Assembly (NCBI GenBank): GCA_023898525.1
Contig: CP060227.1
Coordinates: 776,440-821,661, forward strand
Length of the DNA: 45,222 nucleotides
Source: Candidatus Nomurabacteria bacterium
Lineage (GTDB): Bacteria; Patescibacteriota; Minisyncoccia; Phycocordibacterales; UBA918
Direction: 5' to 3'
Positions 18,962 to 26,295 of this stretch are shown here, piece after piece. Numbering within the stretch: the first letter of the stretch is position 1; every line of letters begins with the position of its first letter. A model generated the notes under the pieces. The model ran no database searches and had not been told where the DNA came from. It saw only the letters and a program-made list of their open reading frames with translations. A program made the translations under genes and the position numbers.

Positions 18962-18994
18962 GATTTGCCCAAAAAAGTTAAAGGTAGGAATTGA

Positions 18995-19024
18995 AACCGT
19001 ACCCGAAGTCGAGTGCGGTTTTAT
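18995..19024 (+). terminator. terminator after the beta-helix gene
   Basis: AACCGTAC ... GTGCGGTT stem (one G-U pair) followed by TTTAT. Confidence 0.5.
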
Positions 19025-19029
19025 GTTTG

Positions 19030-19710
19030 TTAAAGAATATCTTCTTTGACTATTAGTCCGTCTTCCATTCTTACTATCCGATTACAGTGCTTGGTATACT
19101 CTTCTTCGTGAGTGACCATAACTATAGTTTGACCTTGTTTATTTAAAAGACCCAATAGGTCAATGATGGCGGCACCGGAAACCGAGTCAAGATTAGCGGT
19201 CGGTTCGTCGGCAAAAATAATTTTAGGATTACCAACAATCGCTCTAGCGATGGCTACACGTTGTTGTTCACCACCGGATAATTGAGAGGGAAGATTCTCA
19301 TCTTTCCCTTCAAGATCGACGGCGCTCAGCATATCGGAAGCCCTGTCTCGAGATTCGTCCCAGTCATTACCTTTCATTAGAAGGGGGAGCATAACATTCT
19401 CAATCGCGCTTAAGTCGGGTGCCAAGGCATAATCTTGGAAGATATAGCCAAGAGTATTAAGGCGGAATTCTGTTTGGTCACTTTCTGGTAGTTGACTGAC
19501 ATCAACGTTGTCGATAATGATGGTACCTTCGGTGGGATGATCAAGGACGGATAGCTGATACATAAGAGTGGACTTACCAGCCCCGGATTTACCCATGATG
19601 GCAATGAATTCACCTTCAGATACAGTAAAATCGACTCCTTTAAGTACATGGGTTGAGACATCGCCGGTAGTAAAAGTTCTATGAATGTTTTTTGCTTTTA
19701 TTAGTTTCAT
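19030..19710 (-). CDS. ABC transporter ATP-binding protein (MacB/LolD-type)
   Basis: Walker A GKSGAGKST, signature LSGGEQQRVAIARA, Walker B IIFADEPT, H-loop VTHE. Confidence 0.9.
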   Translation of the reverse strand: MKLIKAKNIHRTFTTGDVSTHVLKGVDFTVSEGEFIAIMGKSGAGKSTLMYQLSVLDHPTEGTIIIDNVDVSQLPESDQTEFRLNTLGYIFQDYALAPDLSAIENVMLPLLMKGNDWDESRDRASDMLSAVDLEGKDENLPSQLSGGEQQRVAIARAIVGNPKIIFADEPTANLDSVSGAAIIDLLGLLNKQGQTIVMVTHEEEYTKHCNRIVRMEDGLIVKEDIL

Positions 19711-19717
19711 AATATTT

Positions 19718-20965
19718 TTATTTTCTACCTAGGATAGAGTTAAGAGTGTTTTGTCTAGTGATCAGCCAGGCAGGTAAAAAGCCAGCAATCAAGGTGGTGA
19801 AGAAGAGAGTGACGAATTTATAAAAAGTGAGAACCGGATCAGCTACTAAGATACCTTCACTGAAAGGGAATTGTATCGGGTTGATCTCAAAATATGGGAT
19901 TAGTACACCATAAGTTAGTAGGGCACCTAAAGCCGATCCAATTAAAGCGTAAAAAGCAGCTTGTAGAACATAAGCAATTTCAATTGCCCGCTCGCTAATA
20001 CCTATACCTTTTAAGATACCAATATTACGGCGCCTTGATAAAGCGTTTATAAAAATGATTATGAAGATGGTAATGGAGGCAACTACTAAGCCAATTGAGC
20101 CGATAAAGTTACCGAGCAAATTAAAGGTCTTTTTTATATCAGCAATAAATTTTGGTGTTCCTTCTTCAAAGGTTTGGATTTTAGCGTATTCATCCAAGCC
20201 GCTTCTGACCAGTGCTTCTTTCACGTTAGAATTTTTAGTTGGGTCAGCGATTTTGACGGCTATCAAATCAGCGTTCTGGTCAATTCGTCCAAATAGTCTT
20301 CGAAACTCTCTTTCGGAAATATAGGTGTTTAAGTTTACGTCGTCGACTTTAGATTGCAAAATTCCTTTGACGGTAAATTCTTTCGATATGTCACCAGCCG
20401 TTAGTCTGACACTATCACCAGGGTGAACGTCTTCAATAGTTTCAAAAATGTCACCGTACAACTCAGCGTACTGACTTAGATAATAGGCGCCAATCAAAAT
20501 CATACCTTCTTCGTTTGGGCTAAGATATTCTCCCTCCACGACAAATTCACTTAAATCTGATGTTTGATTTTCGGTTATGGGATCTACGCCGGATACTTTG
20601 ACATTGGTTACATCAGCATCTCCTTTTAAATCCCTTCTTTCTTTGTAGTTGGCTTCCAATTCACCGACACCAAGGTAGCGAACAGATCTAGTGGTAACTT
20701 CTGGGTATGTATCGAGTTCACGGACTATGGCTTGGGTGTTTACTATATGATCTTCATCACTTTTGGCTGAGACAATTAAGTCACCCATGGAGTTTTCGCG
20801 AACAGCATTTTCGGCTCCGGTAATTAGTCCAACCAAAACACCTGATACCGCTATCAGGTTTAGAAAAGTCAGCATCATGACAAAAATAATTAGAGCTGTA
20901 GTCCAAAAGCTAGCTCGTTGAATCTGTCTAAAGCCAAGCAGTAGTCCGATTCTAAAAGTACGCAT
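19718..20965 (-). CDS. ABC transporter permease, FtsX/MacB-type with large extracytoplasmic domain
   Basis: TM1, then a loop of about 240 aa, then 3 C-terminal TM helices with the FtsX-like RRRNIGILKGIG motif. Confidence 0.85.
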   Translation of the reverse strand: MRTFRIGLLLGFRQIQRASFWTTALIIFVMMLTFLNLIAVSGVLVGLITGAENAVRENSMGDLIVSAKSDEDHIVNTQAIVRELDTYPEVTTRSVRYLGVGELEANYKERRDLKGDADVTNVKVSGVDPITENQTSDLSEFVVEGEYLSPNEEGMILIGAYYLSQYAELYGDIFETIEDVHPGDSVRLTAGDISKEFTVKGILQSKVDDVNLNTYISEREFRRLFGRIDQNADLIAVKIADPTKNSNVKEALVRSGLDEYAKIQTFEEGTPKFIADIKKTFNLLGNFIGSIGLVVASITIFIIIFINALSRRRNIGILKGIGISERAIEIAYVLQAAFYALIGSALGALLTYGVLIPYFEINPIQFPFSEGILVADPVLTFYKFVTLFFTTLIAGFLPAWLITRQNTLNSILGRK

Positions 20966-20971
20966 AAGTCA

Positions 20972-22471
20972 TTACGGAGCAATTACCACATCGTTTTCGT
21001 TTAAGCCTTCAATTACGGCGTAGCCATCATTGCCGATAAAATCGACTGTTATCGGGATAGTAATTGCCGTGTTGTTTTGGGGGACTAGGACGGTGTAATT
21101 ACCATCTTCTTCAGTTAAAAATCGTTTTGGTAAACGCAGGACATTTTTACGCTCTTCAACTATTATATTTATGTCAGCATTGAGGCCGCCGCGGAGCCAA
21201 TTAACTGGTTCATCAAGAATCATGGTGGTCTCAAAATAGGAGACACCGGCAATTGTCTCTGCCAGCGGAGAGACAAAAGTTATGGTGGCGGTCAAGACTT
21301 CATCACTGTGAGCATCAAATACTAACTCAGCCTTTTGTCCTAAGGTGACCTTGGTTATATCGATTTCTGGAATTAGAGCATTGATTTCAAAAAAGTCATC
21401 AGCCACCATGGTAACAACCGGTTCAAGTCCGACCGTTTCGCCTAGAGCTGGTTTAATATCAGTAACCGTGCCAGCAAAGGGTGCGTAGAGTATATGGTCT
21501 TTAATTTGGGCACCGATACGAGCTAACTCAGCTTGTGATTGGGTAACTTTAGCTTCGTTTCTTTCTACGGCTTCGGTGCGAGGGTTGGCAGTAGTTAGAG
21601 TTTCGTTTTGTTTGGCTAATTCCAAATCTTGTCTTAAGGCATCTATGGTGTTGTTTTTGGTGGTAACTGCTAGATTATAGGCGTTTAAGTTGGTTACGTA
21701 AGAGCTACTTTCGGTATTTGGTATTTTTATTGTCCATTCAGAGTTACCGTATTTTGAGTTAGGATCAAATTGTATATACAAACCGCAGTTACCAAGTGGG
21801 GCAGCGCTGTTGGTGTAGGCAACGTGAGTTCCGCTTTCGAGGCCACTTAATACATAAGAGTATCCTGACTCTGCGTCAGAACGATAGGTTTTTAAAGTGT
21901 ATTCTCCTTTCTCACAAGTATAGGTGCCAGTAATGGTGGGTGCGGTACTGTCTTCGTCGGAGTCGGTTGGTTGGGCTGTTAGGTTGCTTGATAGGAGAGT
22001 GCGGTAGGCATTGGTTACTTTTATTTCTTGCTCACGGAGGGCTTGCTCTAGCGCTTCTTCCGCTATCTTTACTTTTGTTTTAGCGATATCACGTTCTTCT
22101 GGACGAGCTCCGGACAGGGTTTCTTCTTGGTTGGCTTTAGCAATTGTTAGGTCTCCTACAGCTCTTTGATATTCAGCTTGTAAATCCTGGTGTTTTAGTG
22201 ATATTAGCAAATCATCCTTTTTAACAGTTTGTCCCTTAGAAACATTGATTGATTCAACTATTCCGGAAATTGGGAAAGCCAGTCTGGCGGTTTTGGTAGC
22301 ATCAACGGTACCGGAAACAGATATAATCTGACTAACTGTACCAACATCGACATTGGCTGTGATCCATTCAGGTGTACTGTTTTTGTGTTTGACAAAGTAA
22401 GAAACTGACAAGATTATCACAATTAAAATAATGACAATGTAGCGGGTTTTCTTATTAAAAAAAGTTTTCAT
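20972..22471 (-). CDS. HlyD/MacA-family periplasmic adaptor-like protein
   Basis: N-terminal TM, a lipoyl-like hairpin (GIVESINVSKGQTVKKDDLLISL), a long coiled coil, and a beta-barrel region (GTVTDIKPALGETV). ATG at 22471 chosen. Confidence 0.8.
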   Translation of the reverse strand: MKTFFNKKTRYIVIILIVIILSVSYFVKHKNSTPEWITANVDVGTVSQIISVSGTVDATKTARLAFPISGIVESINVSKGQTVKKDDLLISLKHQDLQAEYQRAVGDLTIAKANQEETLSGARPEERDIAKTKVKIAEEALEQALREQEIKVTNAYRTLLSSNLTAQPTDSDEDSTAPTITGTYTCEKGEYTLKTYRSDAESGYSYVLSGLESGTHVAYTNSAAPLGNCGLYIQFDPNSKYGNSEWTIKIPNTESSSYVTNLNAYNLAVTTKNNTIDALRQDLELAKQNETLTTANPRTEAVERNEAKVTQSQAELARIGAQIKDHILYAPFAGTVTDIKPALGETVGLEPVVTMVADDFFEINALIPEIDITKVTLGQKAELVFDAHSDEVLTATITFVSPLAETIAGVSYFETTMILDEPVNWLRGGLNADINIIVEERKNVLRLPKRFLTEEDGNYTVLVPQNNTAITIPITVDFIGNDGYAVIEGLNENDVVIAP

Positions 22472-22544
22472 GTATCCGTACAGTATAGTACAAATGCTAG
22501 AGGTTTTAAATCTTTCTTGTGGTTTCAAAACATAAAAATAGAAG

Positions 22545-22574
22545 GCGACACCTCAAAATATCTAGAGGTGTCGC
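22545..22574 (-). terminator. hairpin terminator/attenuator between the small ORF and the HlyD-ABC operon
   Basis: GCGACACCTC / GAGGTGTCGC 10-bp stem followed by a T-rich tract on the minus strand. Confidence 0.65.
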
Positions 22575-22586
22575 AATTATGAGTGA

Positions 22587-22721
22587 CTATAGGGCGGTAT
22601 GTATGATGATGGCGATACCAGCGTATGAACAAAGATCTCCAGTGAAACGTAGGTATTTACCACCAAAAAACAAAGTTAAGCCTATTGCAAAAAGAACAAC
22701 AACAATAATAAGCGTATCCAT
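22587..22721 (-). CDS. 44-aa hydrophobic small ORF upstream of the efflux operon (not in the ORF track)
   Basis: GAGGGAA RBS about 8 nt before the ATG at 22721. Peptide: MDTLIIVVVLFAIGLTLFFGGKYLRFTGDLCSYAGIAIIIHTAL. Terminator immediately after. Confidence 0.45.
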   Translation of the reverse strand: MDTLIIVVVLFAIGLTLFFGGKYLRFTGDLCSYAGIAIIIHTAL

Positions 22722-22879
22722 GTCTTATTCCCTCGTGTGTTAGTGTCAAAGATAGAGTATACATATAAGTTATGTATTTCAAACACGATTTAGTGTTGTA
22801 GTAATACACAAAAGATGGTGGCTTTGGTAAAAAAATCTACACTCCCACTGCTATAATAATAAAATAACCCACATTATCT

Positions 22880-25522
22880 ATGCCCACCCTCCACCACCTC
22901 CTCCAAACCACCCTCACCTTCCTCTTCACCCTCACCCTCTCTTTTGTCAGTGTATACATCCCTCAACCATACCACCAAGTCAACCACGCCGAAGCCGGAG
23001 TCGCCACCTTCAGTGGTCAGTTGATGGGTCTGGCCGAACAAGCCGTCAGTGCCGCCGCCAACGTGATGTCAGCGGCTATTGAGTCGGTCATCAGATTCAA
23101 GGAACTAGTCTGGGACCCCTTAGCCTGGAGTGTGGCCAAGGGCATGATCGCTGTCATGACTGCCAGTGTGGTCAGGTGGATCAACTCCGGTTTCCAAGGT
23201 TCCCCCGCCTTTGTCCAAGACCTGGAATACTACCTCTCCCGGGTTGGAGACCGAGTCTTTGGTGAATTCGTCAACGAACTCGGTATCGCCCCCTTTGTCT
23301 GCCGCCCCTTTAGACTTGACCTCCAAATCGCCCTCAACATCGGCTACCAAAGACACTACCGCGCCGGTTACCCAATTGGCGCCACCTACTGCAGCCTCGA
23401 AGGTGCTCTTGCCAACATCGACAACTTTGTTAACGGTAGCTTCAATGACGGTGGTTGGGACACTTGGTACACTGTCACCACCAGACCCAACACCTATACC
23501 CCCTATGGTAACTTCCTCTCCGTCAGTGGTGAAGCGGCTCTCAGAATCAACAACCAACAAGTTAACGCCACCCGTTTCCTAAACTTCGGTGACGGTTTCA
23601 TGTCCAAAGCCATCTGTTCCCAAATCCCCCTCATCACCGGCGGAGCGATCACCAGAGAACGTTGTGCTGTCTCCACTCCGGGACAAGTCATCAACCAAAC
23701 TCTTAACCACCACCTTGGGGCCGGTCTCGACAGTCTCATTGCCGCTGATGAGATCGGTGAGATCATTGGAGCTCTGGTGGGCCAACTGGCACAAAAGTCC
23801 CTGGAAGGCGCGGCCGGACTCCTTGGTCTCTCCGGTGGCACCGGCTACACCGACCCTAGCTACGGTACCTCCTACCTGGATGCTGCTATTACCCAGCAAG
23901 CCGCTAGCTCCTCTGAAGCGGTGGCCCAAGCTGACCAACTCTCCAACAACACCTACAACCAAGCCGCCAACCAAGCCGAACAACAAGGACAACAAAGAGC
24001 TGATAATGCACAGGCGGGAGCGGATAGTACGACGAATACTGGTATTGATACTACTAATATAGACCAAGCTCTCCAGAATTTGATTGATATTCTTGGTGGG
24101 GGTGGGGGAACGGTTGCACCGACAGATCCGGTCATAACAGATCCTGTTCCGGTTGATCCGACTCCAGTTGATGATACCGGTCAATCTGGTTTGGCTTTCC
24201 CTGGAGCGGTAGGTTACGGTGCGCATGCTAAAGGTGGACGAAGTGGAGCAGTGATCTACGTAACAAATCTAAACGACTCAGGTCCTGGTAGTCTTAGAGC
24301 TGCTCTTACCGCCTTTGGTCCACGAACGGTTATTTTCAGGGTTGGTGGAACTATTGGACTTGAATCACCGATTGTAATCAAAAATCCATTTTTGACCATT
24401 GCTGGTCAAACTGCGCCTGGAGATGGAGTTCTTGTAAAATACAGTGGAGCAGGTGGTGGTTATACTACTCCACTTATAACAATTAATACACACGATGTGG
24501 TCATGCGTTATCTACGTTTACGTCGTGGACCAGGATTTATGACAGAATGTTGTGGCGATAACCTATCTTTAAGTAATGCTTCTAATGTCATTGTTGACCA
24601 TGTTTCCATGAGTTGGTCGACCGATGAAAACACAGAAGCTTGGCCAGCTAATAATGTTACGGTTCAGTGGAGTATTATAACTGAAGGATTGATGCATGCT
24701 ACACATTCACCTCTACCAAGTAGTGGTGGTCAAATACCAGACCACTCTTATGGAGCTATTTGGGGTCTTACAAGTAAAAATATAACAACCTACAGTAACT
24801 TGTTTGTTAATAATCTCGGTCGGAATGCGCTAATGGCTCCGAGAGACGGTGGAGATTTTCAATTTATTAATAACGTCATTCATAATGTGTGTTATGCCGC
24901 AGGATTTGACCAGTTGGGTTCAAAGTTGACCAGATTGGATGCGATTGGTAACACGATTCAGCTCGGTCCGAATTCTTGTCGCGCCGGTCGTCAGAACATA
25001 ATGCTAATACGTACTCAGAAACCAGCTGATGGACTTTATGCTGATGGACCAAGAAGTGTTTACGTTAAGGACAATATTACTCCTAATAGAGCTGACGGCC
25101 AAGACGAATGGCTAGCAACCACGGATGGCTTTATAGGTCCTATCCCTGGACCTCTTTCAGAGCGTTCTCTTACTCCGCATAGCGGTATGCCTTCAGTGCC
25201 GGCTTTATCATCTTCTCAAGCAAGAGCAGCTGTTTTAGCCGGAGCTGGGGCTACTCTGCCTAGGAGAGACTCGGTTGATCAGAGGGCAGTAAATTATGCT
25301 CAAAATGGGGGTGGTAGATTAATTGATGATCCATCTGAGGTTGGTGGCTGGCCGGTCTTGAGAGGCGGTACACCTTATCCGGATGCAGATAAAGATGGTA
25401 TGGATGATACTTGGGAAATTCAAAACGGCTTCGACCCAAATGATGGAACTGACGGAAACGGTGACCGAGATGGAGACGGGTACACAAACTTAGAAGAATT
25501 CCTTAACAGAACGACTCCATAA
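22880..25522 (+). CDS. secreted chimeric protein: GC-rich unknown N-terminal domain, Gln/Ala/Pro linker, pectate-lyase-like beta-helix and Ca-binding Asp-rich C terminus
   Basis: Pectate-lyase-like AFPGAVGYGAHAKGGRSGAVIYVTNLNDSGPGSLRAAL...VDHVSMSWSTDEN. The C terminus DADKDGMDDTWE...DGNGDRDGDGYTNLEEFLN resembles thrombospondin type-3 repeats. No clear RBS at 22880. Confidence 0.75.
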   Translation: MPTLHHLLQTTLTFLFTLTLSFVSVYIPQPYHQVNHAEAGVATFSGQLMGLAEQAVSAAANVMSAAIESVIRFKELVWDPLAWSVAKGMIAVMTASVVRWINSGFQGSPAFVQDLEYYLSRVGDRVFGEFVNELGIAPFVCRPFRLDLQIALNIGYQRHYRAGYPIGATYCSLEGALANIDNFVNGSFNDGGWDTWYTVTTRPNTYTPYGNFLSVSGEAALRINNQQVNATRFLNFGDGFMSKAICSQIPLITGGAITRERCAVSTPGQVINQTLNHHLGAGLDSLIAADEIGEIIGALVGQLAQKSLEGAAGLLGLSGGTGYTDPSYGTSYLDAAITQQAASSSEAVAQADQLSNNTYNQAANQAEQQGQQRADNAQAGADSTTNTGIDTTNIDQALQNLIDILGGGGGTVAPTDPVITDPVPVDPTPVDDTGQSGLAFPGAVGYGAHAKGGRSGAVIYVTNLNDSGPGSLRAALTAFGPRTVIFRVGGTIGLESPIVIKNPFLTIAGQTAPGDGVLVKYSGAGGGYTTPLITINTHDVVMRYLRLRRGPGFMTECCGDNLSLSNASNVIVDHVSMSWSTDENTEAWPANNVTVQWSIITEGLMHATHSPLPSSGGQIPDHSYGAIWGLTSKNITTYSNLFVNNLGRNALMAPRDGGDFQFINNVIHNVCYAAGFDQLGSKLTRLDAIGNTIQLGPNSCRAGRQNIMLIRTQKPADGLYADGPRSVYVKDNITPNRADGQDEWLATTDGFIGPIPGPLSERSLTPHSGMPSVPALSSSQARAAVLAGAGATLPRRDSVDQRAVNYAQNGGGRLIDDPSEVGGWPVLRGGTPYPDADKDGMDDTWEIQNGFDPNDGTDGNGDRDGDGYTNLEEFLNRTTP

Positions 25523-25536
25523 AGCTTTTGCTTTCT

Positions 25537-25574
25537 AAAATAAAACACTGGCTAGTAGCCAGTGTTTTATTTTG
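25537..25574. terminator. bidirectional terminator (18-bp stem)
   Basis: AAAATAAAACACTGGCTA g TAGCCAGTGTTTTATTTT. Confidence 0.8.
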
Positions 25575-25694
25575 CCTGTGTCCGCCAACTTGGACTCGAA
25601 CCAAGGACCACAGAGGTATATCGATTGAAAATTTCCTGTGTCCGCCAACTTGGACTCGAACCAAGGACCACAGAGGTATATCGATTGAAAATTT
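25575..25694 (-). repeat. two tandem 60-nt units, each holding a copy of the 3' half of tRNA-Ile
   Basis: 25575-25620 and 25635-25680 are identical to 25695-25740 (tRNA nt 34-73 plus a 6-nt trailer). The 14-nt spacer TCGATTGAAAATTT is the same in both units. Confidence 0.95.
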
Positions 25695-25700
25695 CCTGTG

Positions 25701-25773
25701 TCCGCCAACTTGGACTCGAACCAAGGACCACAGAGGTATAAGCTCTGCGCTCTACCAACTGAGCTATTGGCGG
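25701..25773 (-). tRNA. tRNA-Ile, anticodon UAU
   Basis: Manual cloverleaf: acceptor CCGCCAA/UUGGCGG, D arm UAGCUCAGUUGGUAGAGC, anticodon arm CAGAG-CUUAUAC-CUCUG, T arm CUUGG-UUCGAGU-CCAAG, discriminator A. CCA is not encoded. Confidence 0.85.
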
Positions 25774-26295
25774 ACACATTAAATTTTCAACGATACAATT
25801 CTTTGTCTCGAAAAACAAATGCTATCGCGCTTGTTTTCTCGACTCGAATTGTAAGCCTTCTGCTTGCTCTACACAACTCCGCTATTTGGCGGAAGAGTAG
25901 AACAGGTGAACTATACCGCGATTTTACAACTAACTCAACCGTGGATTTGGGCTATGTATAAAATAATCCACCCATTGCTTTTTTAGACAAAATGTATTTT
26001 ACTAGAATTAGTCTGAACAAATAAAAGGAGGGACGAAAGACAATCAAAATAATGTTACTTAGTAAATACGTGTTGTTTTTCTTTAACCTTAATTCGATAA
26101 ATAAAAGGGGGTGATTTAATTATGAGGCGCTTTTTTTCAATTCATAATGTAGTCGGGGTGGGGGGTGATACGACCTAGCTCCAGGTCACCTTGTTAATGG
26201 GAGTTGTTTTGAGTAACTAACAAAAGGCAGGACACCAACTCCTAGAAACTTGTACTGGCAGCCGTTTGATGATTTCAAGCGGCTGCATTTCGTAT

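Noticed and set aside
23120-24226. Multiple long ORFs on both strands inside the 22880 gene (up to 215 aa)
   Set aside because: These are stop-free frames created by the GC-rich block. The products are low-complexity (P/S/T/R-rich) and nested within a gene that has recognisable downstream domains.
25575-25740. The 60-nt periodic repeat as a CRISPR array
   Set aside because: The repeated part is the 3' half of the adjacent tRNA, and the 14-nt spacers are identical to each other. There are no cas genes.
25503-25961. Four overlapping 73-87 aa ORFs with internally repeated peptide sequence, plus an 87-aa ORF
   Set aside because: They are translations of the tRNA and its tandem copies in several frames and on both strands. 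They have no RBS and overlap an RNA gene.
26024-26176. Two tiny ORFs (20 and 17 codons) with SD-like AAGGAGG/AAGGGGG sequences in the 500-bp recG-tRNA spacer
   Set aside because: The spacing to the first ATG is too long (19 nt), the ORFs are very short, and no plus-strand gene lies downstream. I cannot support them as genes. The long spacer itself remains unexplained.
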